NCBI RefSeq assembly: GCF_037042905.1
Contig: NC_087252.1
Span: 23,498,001-23,562,000, forward strand
DNA length: 64,000 nt
Source of the DNA: Lytechinus pictus
Taxonomy: Eukaryota
Reading direction: 5' to 3'
Shown piece by piece: positions 26,584 through 40,526 of this stretch; within the stretch, counting starts at the first letter, position 1; every line of letters starts with the position of its first letter. The notes under the pieces are model-generated. The model saw only the letters and a program-made list of their open reading frames with translations, had not been told where the DNA came from and ran no database searches. A program made the position numbers and the translations under genes.

Positions 26584-27574
26584 CTGCAGGAATAAGATAA
26601 AAAGTACATTGTAATAATAATAATATAGGCCTACAATTAATATCTAAATTCTATTATTTAATGAATAATAATTTAAATCTATGAATTGTTTGTCAAAACG
26701 GCACTTAGTAATTTCTCACAAAGCTACGTCATATTGAAGTGGTTCAATGGTCAAGCCTATTGTATTTGCAGTGTTTACGAATGGATAGACACGAAATCGG
26801 TCTGGTAAGAAACCTCTCTTCTTTTTTTTTTGTGGGGGGGACATAGAAACTTCATAGAATCATACGCATTAGGTGTATAAATGTATGCAATTTAATAAAA
26901 TTTTAATCTAAAAAAATAGAATTTCTATTTCTGAAGGGAATTCCCTTCTTGGGTATTATCTTCTCCGGCAGTCCCGCGATGAAATGACAATATCAAAATC
27001 ATATTTTAAAAATATCATCACGGAGTCCTCTCTATACATGCTCTAGGCTACCGCTAGCCCTAACTTCCGAAGTTAAATTTTGTTAGGCGGCCTAACTAAC
27101 ATTAGTTATTTAACTTATTACAACATTAGAAAAGTAGGACCATATCATTCTAGAATAGATCTAACAAAGTTAGACTCTACACTACAGTACAGATTCAGTA
27201 CCGGTATTTCAGATATTTTTATTCAGTTATTGTCCAATTGCAATGGACCTACAAATGGAAATTAAATTCGTTCGCACAAAATAATACACAAACACAGGGC
27301 AACATACGATTGAAAGATCCATAATAAATGAATATTTCCAGCAATTCATACGCGGCTCAAGTTCAAGATGAGCGACTCGCAACGCAAGCAGGGTCAGAGA
27401 ACTGCTCGCCGCCAGCCACACCTCAGCTGAGCCCCGGGGCGCGGGGTCCACCTCACTTCCATCCACTCCAGCGCTGCTCAGTTTAGCTCCCACTCTTTCT
27501 CACTTTCCGTCACTATCACAGCATAAATACCGAAAAATAATCCAAAATAAATCAAGATCAAATACGTGACTCAC

Positions 27575-27590
27575 GATTTTCAACATCCAT
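27575..27590 (-). CDS. C2H2 zinc-finger protein 2, putative first coding exon (MDVEN)
   Basis: ATG GAT GTT GAA AAT C|GTGAGT; phase 1 matches exon 2; the four exons total 2058 nt (685 aa + stop). Confidence 0.65.
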
Positions 27591-28489
27591 AACAAAAGAA
27601 AATTGCAAATTTCACGGGAATCCATAATTTCCTACACACAAATAGATCATCCAGCTACACGTTCACATTGCGAAATACACACTGTAAACTCGCATGTAAA
27701 CAGCTGACTGACGGAAATTTCCCAAACTTTTCAGCTGGCCCGTCAGCTGTACGCTCGAATAGGCACGTCATCGATTACGGATTACGTGTAATATAACAAG
27801 CGAATATATTATATACTCGCTACTCGCAAAAATATCAAATATATCAACTAAATAACAAACTACATACAAATCTACCCCTTTAAAACGTTCATTTAGATAA
27901 TTTATTATAGGTAATTACCAAGAACATCAGTAATGCAGTCCAGAAACTTTGTGATATAATAATCGAGACTCAGAGTAATATATTGGTGACTTCAGCTTTG
28001 GCAGTATATTCATTTTCAAAACCGGTTAGTACTGGATAGTAGACTGAGTAGAAGCGAAGCTTGATGAGACCGGTTTGGAGGCTGCTGGATGGGTTGTCAT
28101 CAAGTTTTGTTCTAGTTCAAAAGTTTGATCAAGCAAATTCGATTTCCAGGTTCTATTATGATTGAGACTCTATTGTAAAATATTTGAGAATGAATGTTAT
28201 AAGCTACGTGAAGATTATAATTTATTATTGCAAGGTAAACATGAACATTACAATATATGTAATGTCTATTATGTAGACCTCTTAGGCCTATTTAATTTTT
28301 CTATTTTCATTCATCTTTCTCCATTGCGTTAGCAGTTTTTGATCATTATTTATTCTTATTCTGGGAACCTATGCTTGCAAGCTATATGCTGTTTTTAATA
28401 GGTTCCTCCTATTTCCCGTTATTCAAATTTATTATGTTCTTATTTACTCAAGATTAGTGGGAATGTTAAACAGCATAAATTCCATTTAA

Positions 28490-29230
28490 TTTTATTTATT
28501 GGTTTCCGTTTCACAATTTTGTACATAACATAATGAACATAATATAACAACATATTACATAACATAGTATCACTGAACATAATTATAGATTTGGTGAACA
28601 CAATTTAAAAACTTAAGCTTGATTTTTGTAATTTAGAGTAAAAACGGAGGGACTTGCCAAAAAAGCAAAGCTTGCATGACAGGCAGCCCCTAAACGGCTA
28701 AGTTTAATTCACACACACAGACCCCCCCCCCCCCAAAAAAAAAAATCAATAATAGTAATTGTCTATTTACACTTTGCAAAACAAACATTATCTGAAAAAA
28801 TGCGTAAAAATGAATATTAATAACAATACAATAGGAGAGAGTGTGTGTATAGAGATGGGGGAGGAGGTAAAAGGAGTGCAGTGTGAATAATAACGAAAAA
28901 GAAGGCGAGCAGCAGGAGCAGGTACTTTGGCGAGTTGCATTTGAAAAAAAGACTAAATAAATATACGCATATATATTCGTATATAAAAACAAGCAGTATA
29001 TAGGCCTATGACATGTACCTACAAAAACAGATATAGGTCCACGTATACAATCATACATACATATGCAAAATAATGAGTAAAGTTAAATCAGATTAACCCG
29101 TTAGTGAGTATTGTAAAATTAATTTTTTTTTCAGTTTGCGTTTGAAAATATTTACATTAGAGGATTCTTTACAATATTGAGGCAGATAATTTTTTATAAA
29201 TCTATAGTCAAATAAAAAACGGGACTGGCC
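28490..29230 (-). mobile_element. CR1/L2-group (Crack-like) LINE 3' remnant
   Basis: ORF 29093-29290 ends NYLPQYCKESSNVNIFKRKLKKKLILQYS, resembling the WNxLP...FKxxLK C-terminus of LINE ORF2; downstream stem-loop GGGGCTGCCTG...AAGCTTTGCTTTTTTGGCAAGTCCC and AATAAA. Confidence 0.6.
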
Positions 29231-30558
29231 CTGAGTATGAGAAGAATTATCTATCCCGGGAAAAAATGTAATTCTGAACAAAAAAAACAAAACATAGGCC
29301 TATATGTATTTGAACTAATAATGTGGGATATTACTTGACATGCATACAAAAATAGGCCTGGAATCTTGAAGATGATTTATAATCCCTTGAAAATTTGAAT
29401 GAAAAAAAAAACGGATGACATGGCAGGCTAAATATGATGCAACATGAATGATTAGAGAGGGCAATATCATTCAACTATGCCCAGGGTCCAAACAACACAG
29501 GAATAAGAGTATTTAAAAAAAAGATTTGGCCTCCTGTAGCTCTGAGATGGGATATGACATCAAGGCCGATGATAAAAAAAATGATGACTGGTTAGCTCCA
29601 GCCCTCGATCATTGATTTCAGGGCCGCGAAGTAAAACTGCACTCTTATTGGTTCATCAAACGCTACGTCACGTTCAGTAATAACATAGCCTTAATTCGTA
29701 GTCTTTTTCTTTCAAGCCAAAATCATTTCCAGGAGATCGAAGAGACATACAGGGAACGCGACTTAGCCTTGCCCCCTCCCGCCCATAACGTAAACGTGTT
29801 CGACTGACAAAGACTACGCTAAAACAACCCAATATTTACCCTACTAGTTCGTACGAAGTCCTTGCTGATATTTCTATTAACACTTTTACTTATATGTTAT
29901 GTCTAATTTGAGATATTTGTAAATTATCAAAGAAAAATCGTATTTATTACAGACATGATTCATGTTTTGTCGTTATTATTCTTACAAACTGTTTTTTCAA
30001 AAATAATTAATATCAAAGTAATGAGAATAACTATTCTAAGAGTCTGGATCAACAGCGAGCAACACGTGCGTGATGGAAAATTACCGTACAGAATGAACGT
30101 CCTTTCACATGTAGTGTGTGCGTGAACGAGGAGAATTACTATCGGCGCTGGAATGATTATAATCGATTATGACCCATTTATCAGGACAACAATCCGTAGT
30201 CTCAATTTCCATACTACTACTTGACTATACAGAAGCTTAATAAGTTAAGTTTCATAGGTTTTTTTTAATGAAAACTTACGAAAAAAAAACAAAACAAGTA
30301 CAATTTATGCACAGCTACATTTAGTGACATTCAAACAGAAACTATCGGCTGAAAAGACATTATCATTCGAAAGTATATAGGTAGGTATAGGCTTATTATA
30401 TATGGTTAAAAAACTAAGAGACTACGAATATCTGTTTTTATAATTATACATACATGATATAATAAACTGTTTCATTGATTTTGTGATCAGCATAACAAAC
30501 AATCACTAACATTAATTACATGACTACAATACAATGAAAAAATAACATGATAATTATA

Positions 30559-30723
30559 CAGGTGCCGCGGAAGCGGGGGGGGGGGGGGGGGCTTCATCCC
30601 CCACATTTTGCCAAAACCGTGTACAAAAACATAAAAATTACCAAAGGGTTGTGATTTTTTGCATGGTCAGCCCCCCACTTTTGGCTCAGCTCCCCCACTT
30701 TGAAAACCGTTCCGCGGCCCCTG
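30559..30723. mobile_element. Short hAT-like MITE
   Basis: CAGGTGCCGCGGAA ... TTCCGCGGCCCCTG; no clean TSD seen. Confidence 0.55.
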
Positions 30724-33317
30724 TTATAGTAATAATGCTATTGTTACTATAAATTTCAATGTGAGAAGGGACTATATAGTAAAGCCGAAGTAGGCCCTTC
30801 TGACACTAAATCTAAAAAATTGCTGAATTTTTTGTTGTCTCTCCAGTTTATTTTCAAAACGGATAAAATCTATTGAAGTGAAATATTAAAATGAATAGAT
30901 TAAATACGCGAATCTAATAAGAACAAATCTTCAAAATTAATACTTCGACCAGGTTATATTTATTTTTCAAAATTCGTTAATCAATGTCTAATAATCCTGG
31001 CTAATGATTTGTCAAAGGCATGGAAATTATTTATTCTATATTATTTTAATCAAGTAGTTAAAAAGCTGTATATGTTTTTTTTATATTAGATCAAAACAAA
31101 ACATAAGCCTACATCGTTAATACAAAAAAAAAATGAATTTCAAAAAGAAAATACTTATTCTTATAGATGTCTCCGTCCTACAAGTATTTTCCAACAAGCC
31201 GCTGTTCAGTCGTAGCCTTAACCAATTACATATATTTTTTTTCTGAATGAGTTAAATAATAGGTTTATGCTTTGGCACGATATTTTAATTCAATATAGTC
31301 CTGCGCATATAGCCATCACAAAGCATTTTTGGGAAGGGCCGCTGTGTCCCCCCCCCCCCCCCCACTCCCGATGAATGCACCTCCGCACTTCCGGAAGGAA
31401 ACGCTTCATTTATTTTTCATAAAAAAGCAAGGTCATCAGACTTCTTTAAAGGAATTGACAGCGATTACCCTTTCATTGGCGGCAATGCTTTTTTTTAACA
31501 GCGAGAATGTTATTATTTGTTTAATCTTACTTATTGTCTTTTTCTATTCTTTATTCTATTGACGCTTATTATATATGAAAAACAAAACATTAGGGGGGCG
31601 GCCCGCAGACTATAAACTTTGAGCTCTCACCAGGGTGATCCTACGGGTGTCGATTTGTGTTGTGAATCTATGATTGTTCAAGGGGGGGGGGATGATCTAT
31701 TGTTTCATGATCCCCACCCCACTCGGATATAGGGGGGGGGGCGGGGGACCCATTTCCACATTTCCTTTAGTTTTCTATTTAAAATTATATATCATTTTGT
31801 CTACAAAATGTGTCATATTTTGTATATATGATTGATGTTGTTGATAAATAATTATAATGACAATGATTTTGTATCGTAAATATTTTGTTGACTGAAAATG
31901 ATTTGTTTCAATATTCATGTCATTTCTGTTGGAAATAAAATCTGAATCTGAGAAAAAATAGTATGAAGTCACGGATTGACTCCAGTGCTATATTGTCAAC
32001 ATAATCTACTTTTTGTCAGATTTTGGGGGATTTTTCGTTGATTTGTTTATTTTGTGTTAAATCCCTGCACTCAGGAGGCCCACAACTATCAACCTGACTT
32101 TCAACAGTTCGGAAGAGGGCGCCATTGAGGAATGACCCATACGGATTATTGATTATCAGCTGCTCAAACACGCTCAATTCGCTAATATATTTTAGAATCC
32201 AAGCTTGTCCAAAATAATTATTCGGATGTTGGCTAAACGAGATGATCACGTTTAAATTATTATTTTTTTTATCTCGTACAAAAATATCAAGAAAACATAA
32301 TCAGAAGTTTCGATTAGAAACTAGTCAAATATGATTAGAATAACAGTTGCACCTAGCTGACCCTATTACTAATAATTTTTACTGATTTTTTTTTAGTGTG
32401 CTCACTCCTCTCTAATATGGCTATTGTTCATACAACATGGAGATATAGGCCTGGTTTCATGATTGTTAAGAGAAAAATGTTCGATTTCACTTTTTTTGTA
32501 ATAAAGTCAATCAATGTCAATGTTCATAATTTAGCTTTTCGTTCATACATGCAGACCCTATTTTTTATAGCAAGTTGCTTCATATAAGCGACCTATATAC
32601 AATTTATGTTTAAATTTGAAAAAAAATACCCTCCCACGTGTATTTGATCCTATATTTCCTCTTAATCGGTTGTTTTTGGTTATCTTTTCTACTATTCTAG
32701 CAATATACTTTTTAGCCAGGAAGAACTTCCCCTTAAACAGGATAAGTCAAAATTATGTCTTACTAATCTCCTAAATGGCCCTCACTGTAAAAAATAATAA
32801 TAAGTGACATTTTGTATTGAGTACCTGCTTACTCATGCATGGCGCGAAGGTTCGTTAATATAGCATTGGCTAATATTAATATGTTCTTGACAAATTAGTT
32901 TGCTCAAAATTAAATCTCAATTTTTTTTCCAGAGGGATTTGGGGATGCTAGTGTGTTGTCTTCATCAATTTTAGGCCTATTCAATTCAATTACTTTAAAT
33001 ATTTTAAAACACTGGTTTTAGATCAAACCATTCAGGAGTTTTTTTAAAATTGATATTATTTTGATTGATGTTTTAATTTCCTCCTTTTATTCAAATGCAC
33101 TTTTTATTTGATATCCACCTATTATCAGATATTGTCGGAGAACTGATCACATCCATCTATATAAATACTTGTCCTCCTTTCTTTCCGCCAAGTCTTCATT
33201 TTTACTCCCCGGATTAGCCTTTCGCCTTTGCTCCTTTTCATTCATGTAAATCCCTTTCAAAATAATAATAACGATAATAATAATAATAATACAATTCTCT
33301 TTTTTTCTACCCCCTGT

Positions 33318-33610
33318 TAATAATAATAATAATAGGCATTTATATAGCGCCATCTATCTAGATATATTATATTCCTAGGCGCGTTATTATTATTATTATT
33401 ATTACCCCGGCTTTATAGCTCGAGCTGCCTTTCAGCGCTCATGCATTCAAGGAATTAATCCTGCCGGGTACCCATTCACCTCACCTGGGTCGAGTGCAGC
33501 ACAATGTGGATAAATTTCTTGCTGAAGGAAATTACGCCATGGCTGGGATTCGAACCCACGACCCTCTGTCTCAAAGTCAGGAGACTTATCCACTGGGCCA
33601 CAACGCTCCA
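33318..33610 (-). mobile_element. tRNA-derived SINE with Deu/Nin-like central domain
   Basis: Pol III A box TGGCCCAGTGG and B box GGTTCGAATCCC, core GCAAGAAATTT...ACCCAGGTG...AATGGGTACC, (TTA)n tail. Confidence 0.85.
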
Positions 33611-33779
33611 TTTTATATGATTATGATAATCTATTTCTCTGTGACTCGCCTCTCTTACTTTTTCTTCCTCGTGCAAAAACACATTTTTTTTCTTCTCACA
33701 CACCCCCCTCAGCTCCCTCTCTCCTTCTCAGAAACCCTCTCACACACGCACATCTCACCACACACACTTTGCACGCATA

Positions 33780-33980
33780 CACAGTTAAAAAATAGCACGC
33801 TGTTTTAACCCGTCACTCTAACAACAAGTTGTTTAAACTTTTACACAATTGTTTAAACGTTGTCAACATCTTGTTAAAAAAAATAAACAACTTGTTGCAA
33901 ATTTTAACCAATATTCATTGACATGTTAGAGTGACGCGCTTAAACAACCTACTTAGAATTTTAAACAGCGTTTAACAGTG
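33780..33980. mobile_element. CAC...GTG MITE, TA-flanked
   Basis: CACAGTTAAA / TTTAACAGTG; internal inverted GTCACTCTAACA / TGTTAGAGTGAC. Confidence 0.6.
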
Positions 33981-34279
33981 TACATCCACACAGGCATTCT
34001 CTATTTCTTCATGGAAATATCTCACTCTGCATTAAATATAATCTCACGTTCTGTTCTTATCATGTCTCTTTATTTCTCAATATCTACACCCCCATTATGC
34101 TCACACTCCCCGATCTCCCACCCTACCCCCACCTCAAAATTCCCCCCTCTCGAACTGACCGTCTCTCGTTTCCATTTCTATTAAAGACATACAAATGCAA
34201 GAAAGTGAGAAATCAAATAGTTATTCTTATTTAATTGATTACAATCACGATTATGAAACATTTTTTTGGTCAACAAGTC

Positions 34280-34706
34280 TAAATGCGACCGCACACCTTA
34301 TACGACTGCTCGCGATCCGATTTTGGAACAAATCGCATTTTGCTAATTTTCTGAGAATATGAATGGAACATATCATTATTTTTATTACAGGTTGAAATTA
34401 ATTGAAAGAATACTAATATAACCATTTTGAAAGATTGCAAGCCTTTATTTTGGAGTAAAGGCCAAGTAAGTTTCAAATCGTAGCCAATCGTACGCCCGCT
34501 ATGACTTCATTACGACTAGATATTAAATTTGCTTTTATTCTAAGAAGAATGATAGCATAGTCACAGATTTGAACGTATGTATTCGTACAATGATTTCCAA
34601 CATTACACAGTAAGGTATTCCATGTCTCAATATTAGCATCAAATTATACTACGTGTTATTCCAAAATCGGGTCGCAGACCGATCGTAAGGTGTGCGGTCG
34701 GCTTTA
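34280..34706. mobile_element. MITE with ~25-bp TIRs
   Basis: CGACCGCACACCTTA ... TAAGGTGTGCGGTCG. Confidence 0.7.
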
Positions 34707-35799
34707 GGCATGATCAAAGCCCGATGAAGCAATATCCGAGCTACAAAAGGCGACCCCGAACCCCGTTACATGGTTACACAAACCTTAGCAATGATCGTAG
34801 CACATATTTTGCGATTTGCCAATGCAAAATCCATCGTAAAAATAAAGCTTTCGTTCAATGATAAGCTTTGTTGTACAGGACCAAGGATATCTTAAAAATG
34901 GGACGGGCTTACCTGCTGGTGGCCTTATCTCTATTGAATTATAAGTGTAGTGTAGAATTACCTTGTATAGCAGACTGACTCTCATTTCTATAATATTCTT
35001 CCTGCTCAATCGAATGCATTTCCCCCTCTTTCGCTTGACGTTGTTCGTGTTGAATGGTGACCCCGGATGGCGACTATAAGAACCCACGATGTATCATTGT
35101 CACCTTATTATTTCGATATACCACTATTATTTATCAATTTTCTTCGTATAGAATTTACATATCCATTCTTCCCGCACCGTATATGAATTAATTTAAAATA
35201 TTAGCATACGACCGCATTCTTTTTATTAAACACAACACACAAATCAAACGTATTTCTTCTCCCCACCAATTACATGAATTAGGCTTCTGGAACCTGCGTC
35301 CGATATGACACGCTTATGCTCTCACCTATCATGCCTATGCCCCCATGCAATACGGCCTTCTTTAAGGTATTGTCTCATCATCCCCTCCTACTCTGTCTGC
35401 CCCAAGGAGTTCTGATTTTTTTCAACGACTGATTGCATTGAACATAATGTACCAGGGGCTGCGGAATGGATTTGATTTAATGTGGGGAACTGAGCATGCA
35501 ACGAAATCACAATCAGATAGTCATTTTAAGGTTTTATACACATTTCTAAAAAAAAGAAAAAAAGTGGTGGTGCTGAGCACATCACCCCTTCTCCCAGGTA
35601 AATCCGCAGCCCCTATTTACAATCAATCTTAAATATGAACTGCAAGATAAAAAATCACCAAGATTTTTGTTACCGGCCTCAAACATGCATACATTCCATA
35701 TTTCAACCTCAATGACAGTCATTGCTTTTGACATCGCCTTGATTATGGTTGTGCTGATAAAAAGATTAGGAGTTTTAGAGACTCACACAAACAGAGATG

Positions 35800-36075
35800 T
35801 TTGAGATGATGATGGGTATGATGATAACGATGATGATGATGATTACGATAATTTTGTTGATGATGATGGTGATGATGATGGGTAAAAAGAAGATGATGGT
35901 AATGGTTGTGATGGTGGTAATGTTAATGGTGAATGATGACGACGACGATGATGGGGATGATGTTGATGATGACGAAGATGATGTTGATGATAATGGGTAT
36001 ATTGAGGATGATGGTGATGGTTTTGATGTTGTTGGTGAATGACGACGACGACGATGATGGTGGTGGTGGTGATGA
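35800..36075. repeat. Degenerate (GAT/GGT/GAC)n trinucleotide microsatellite
   Basis: ~275 bp of GAT-based triplets starting ~150 bp past the stop of the 572-aa gene. Confidence 0.9.
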
Positions 36076-36227
36076 TTAGGGTTAGGCAGATACTTGAGAC
36101 CGTAAGAAAACCGAATGACTGTGATTGCAGCCGTACATCTCGATCAAACCGTCTGACGATTAGTAGGAGACGGATTCTTTTCTCAGAACCAACGCGATGG
36201 AACTATCTTCTATCATGACGGCTACCT

Positions 36228-37946
36228 TCAAAGAGAATCTAACAGTTCTTCGAATCTCATCAAATTATGCAAATTTCTTGATTGTCTGAACTTGCTGTCT
36301 TTAGTCCTCGACGCATTCGATTTGAAACCGGCAGCGACGTGGTCAGGTAAGCTAAACTTTCCTTTGGAATGATAGAGGTCAGTAGATCCGCCAGAATCCG
36401 GAATGAGTGAATCGGCTAGGCGGGTAAACCGCGGATCTGCCATTAAATCTGTTCTATCCGATAGTTTTACGTTGCGGGCGTTCATGCTTGCGATCTTCTT
36501 GGCCCGCCGTTTCTTATTACGCGAGGTTGACCGCGTCCTCAGAAGCGCGATCTGAGCTGCAACTGTCAGCGAGTTAGCAGATTGTTTCTTTGATTTCTTA
36601 CTACCATCATCAGGAGATTCCGCACCGCCATCTTTTCCGCCTTTGAGTCTCTTTGCAATGGACGAAAAGGATGCCATCTTGGTACCCCCGGGAGTTGCGC
36701 TTCTGTCTCCTTCTGCCCTGAAACTTTCCACTAATATTGCAGGACTTTCGGGATTTGTGAAAGACTCTGATTTGATTAGTTCTACTAAGAACTTTCCACG
36801 GCTGGGAGGTTTCTGTTCGCCACCTTCTTGATTTGTATAAGGATCAGGATGTGGGGCCACTCTGCTATCAACAGAATCTCTTGGATATTCGTGATCCCGA
36901 TTTGCGGAAGCTTCTGGTCGTGGAGAAGCTGGTGAATTGATTCTAGAAGGTGGCTTGCTCCTGGGAGTTTCTTTTATTTCATTAACCTGTTCAATCAACA
37001 AATGTTTCATGAAAGAGATATTTCGACTGGGTGATCTATTAATCTCAAAATGCGTATCAGGTTTATCATCAGGAGCATCAGTTAATCTATTCTGAGCTGT
37101 TTGTTCACCCTTCGCCGAGGCTGCGCGCGATTTTGGCAGCGAATCCCTATAAGATTCCGCTTCATTTGCTTCTTCGATTCCTTCCAGAACACGGTTCGTT
37201 GCTTCCTCGTCATTGATATTGCTGATGCACGCTCTCATGTACGGGCTATTCAAGAATCGTTCAGTTTCACCCACTGCGGAATCGTGCGATTTGTCCCTGG
37301 TGCAGCTTAGAGGACGCATGTACCCTGGTGACCTTCTCCTAGACTCTACCACTTGATCCTCTCTGGATGAAGCATCCCTCGTCTGCTGACGCACCGCTCC
37401 TACTGGATAGATAGTAGGAAGCTGTGGGCGATCAGTATCGCTTGTTGGGGCCATGGGCGATCGACTACCATCGCGTCTGGTCAAGTTCATCGCCTGATCA
37501 ACCTTCTGCTTGTGGTGCACAAACTCTCGCTTCTTCTGGATCATCAGTCGTTTAGTCTGATCCTCGTTTTCCAGGAGTTTCTCATACTCGCGATTGAAGC
37601 GTCTGACCTCGTAATCATTGGTCTCCATGATGCACTTCCCAACGCGACTCTCTACGATATTCCTAGCCATCTCCAAGCCTTTCCTGCGATCCATCAAGGA
37701 CTTCTGGGAAACTTCCTTGGTCTGTTCCTGGTTGTTGTACTTGGACATCATCTCGGAGTCAATGCTGGTGGAGTTGGTGATCCGAAGCCCGACTTTCCCG
37801 ATGGTCGTTAGTTTGAGTTTGCGGGCGATGTCGATGGCGGCCTGCTTGTTGATGTGCCGAGGGCCTGGCGGGTCACGTGGGTACTTCAACGATGAAGGTT
37901 TCTTGCTCTCCTGGGGTATCCCCATGATTCTCTCCATACGAGACAT
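36228..37946 (-). CDS. Uncharacterised 572-aa protein with a short predicted coiled coil, long disordered Ser/Arg/Pro-rich middle and C-terminal DPRFxxLxxxL motif (possibly CCDC190-like)
   Basis: 1719-nt ORF of raised GC in AT-rich DNA; acceptor TTTTTTCAG at 38064; in-frame stops upstream make 37946 the start. The family assignment is from memory of motif pattern only. Confidence 0.8.
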   Translation of the reverse strand: MSRMERIMGIPQESKKPSSLKYPRDPPGPRHINKQAAIDIARKLKLTTIGKVGLRITNSTSIDSEMMSKYNNQEQTKEVSQKSLMDRRKGLEMARNIVESRVGKCIMETNDYEVRRFNREYEKLLENEDQTKRLMIQKKREFVHHKQKVDQAMNLTRRDGSRSPMAPTSDTDRPQLPTIYPVGAVRQQTRDASSREDQVVESRRRSPGYMRPLSCTRDKSHDSAVGETERFLNSPYMRACISNINDEEATNRVLEGIEEANEAESYRDSLPKSRAASAKGEQTAQNRLTDAPDDKPDTHFEINRSPSRNISFMKHLLIEQVNEIKETPRSKPPSRINSPASPRPEASANRDHEYPRDSVDSRVAPHPDPYTNQEGGEQKPPSRGKFLVELIKSESFTNPESPAILVESFRAEGDRSATPGGTKMASFSSIAKRLKGGKDGGAESPDDGSKKSKKQSANSLTVAAQIALLRTRSTSRNKKRRAKKIASMNARNVKLSDRTDLMADPRFTRLADSLIPDSGGSTDLYHSKGKFSLPDHVAAGFKSNASRTKDSKFRQSRNLHNLMRFEELLDSL

Positions 37947-40526
37947 AACGACAAGTTGGATCCCTCAATTTCGTCTTGAACTGCAGAAGAAAGGTCTGGA
38001 GATGTCCAGCTGAAAGGGGTGTGCCGCATATGACATCAGAAGCATTTCGATTGCTCAGAAAATCTGAAAAAAGAAGAAATGGATTACAGAAGCATACTTC
38101 AAAGAAAAGGAAAAAATGATCACCTAAAGTTGTCGCACACAACAGCCCAAAATATCTATGGTTCAGAAACTGCATTATTAGTCACATAAAATGTATAGGG
38201 ATAGATCAAGGGTGATTGACCAGTTGGCAGACGAAAAAACATTCTATTTCTAAAAACAACCCGAATCTTCAATGGCCTTCATTTTTTAATGCAAAGAAGG
38301 GGGGGTCAAAGATTCCCATACCGTTAAGGAAAGTTCTGTAACTATACGTTCAATCCTGTGTATTAAGGCCACCCAAACATGCCAAATGAACAGAAAAAGT
38401 GACCGCTGGAGACAGGTGGCCTTTGTAGACACGTTATATCTTATCAAATGGGAGACGATTGGGATCACTAAAAACAGGATTTCAATGTAGACAGGTGGCC
38501 AGTAATAGGTTTGAATATACGTGTCCAACTTGTACGTCCAACCTCACCCACCCCGATATACTCAGAGAAATGTACTGTAGATATAGTAAACCTAGAAAAC
38601 TTGCGCTGAAATCATAATCCTTACAAGTAATGATACCAATGAAAAAGATTTCGAGTATAAATATTTGAGTCTCTTTTGGGTTTTGCACGATCAAGCATCC
38701 AGAATACCTCTCGTTTACACGTCCGGCCACCCCCCTTTTTATACATAACAATATAGGCCTACTCTCTGTAGCTCTATACGGAGTAATCCTCTTCTCCTCC
38801 AAACACCAGCGATTCAAAAGACTGTAGCACACGCTATTGGGCATTAATGGGGCCAAAGGCTATGTATCTTAATAACAAATATTTATTTTCTTTAATACAA
38901 ACATTATTTTATACTTTATAAGGAATACTGTCTGAACTCCAGCCATGTGGGCATATCTCCTAACATGTCTTATTAACTAGTAACGAAATGAAATGAAAAT
39001 TTTAGTGGCCATAAATAGAAACGAATACAAACGATTCATTTGTTTTATCTTTTAAATCCAGGCCAATCGAGATAACTACTAGTTTGACCTTTACCAAACT
39101 CAATGTTTTGTTCTATGGTGTAGAATACCGTCTATTTGAATAGCGTATTATTGAAATCTGTCATTAGTAGGCGATCTTCGAATGGATTGTTTAAGATATC
39201 CGACGAAATTCTGCAAACCTATTCAATAAAGTACAAGTATAATCTGCGTGTGTTTGAATTAATAATAATACAATTTATAGAGCGCTTTATACGGGTGTTT
39301 CAAAGCGCACAGATGGGCTGACTAATATAAACAACCAATCCATTAATTAAAGATATGAATAATAATAAAAAATAAAAAGAATATACTAGTTGAAAAAAGT
39401 GAGGATTTGTTTGAATATGTCTGAATTACTGCTGACTTTTAAACTAGCTTTGGAGAAGGCACCTTTCATACGTTTTAATCAAGTCAAACTAGGGTTTACC
39501 CTCAACTGCCTGGTCAAACAAAGTCATGACATTTCCAATGAAAATAGTGAATATAACTATTTATAAAGATATATATATGCTCAGCAGACCCAATGGAACT
39601 AAAGTAACTCTTGACAAATTCATCACTATGAAACATTACGAAATTATACCTAGAATTTGGCATCACGTTCATCAATCGTAGACGATGATGACCCGGGGTC
39701 AACTTTGAGCCTAAGCTTATTTTTCAGGAGATCACTTCAGAAAACTTTCACTTGAACTTCTCGAATTCCATCTACCATTTACCCATTTCTGGTATCTACA
39801 TGTATCTACTCAAAAAGATGCCCAATTCGAAATTTGATACAGTAGGCCTATTATTCCACTGCTACTTTTGCCATCATGTTAATGTTTGTTAGCACAGACA
39901 TAATTTTCATGACTGCCCTTGGCGATATGGAAGATTGTCTGAGGTTTGCCTGCATGGCATATAAAAAAAAAGATCTATCCAACCTTCTCTACATGTATGC
40001 TGAACCCCAAGGAAAGAATAAATATATTTTTCAAGTTGAATAAAATGTGTATTAATGTTTCTTGTTGTATTAGGAGAGGAAAACAAACCAACAAAATCTA
40101 TCTGTTTGAATTCTCCCGTTAGGCATATCTGAATCGAGTCGTGGTTCAGGGAAAATATGAGCATGATCAAAGCACTAATACTTTCATGAATCATGAGAAG
40201 AAAAGACAACTAATGAAATTGTAGTTATGGGATCAACTAGCATGGATCATATTGTGTTTTAGATTAGACGGCATGCCTAAAATGTTTAGCGTCATAGATC
40301 ATGTAGATATGTGATACATTAAGTCGTATGTGATTAGGGAAAAAACCCTGAAATATGTGAATGGAATAAGATGATAAAAGAGACTAACCTTGAGTGGTAA
40401 TTGGAAATTTCCCTGCTTCACCCCTCCCTCCTCTAAAACATACCCCTAATTATCTACTCTTATGTTAAATGTTTCAAAGGTTTAAATTCATTTTACGAGA
40501 ACACAGCGTCACCATCAGACTTTAAT

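Noticed and set aside
33535-33610. tRNA gene
   Set aside because: The tRNA-like head continues into a SINE core and simple-repeat tail, with no oligo-T terminator after the head.
35797-36042. Met/Asp-rich ORF
   Set aside because: Translation of a GAT microsatellite.
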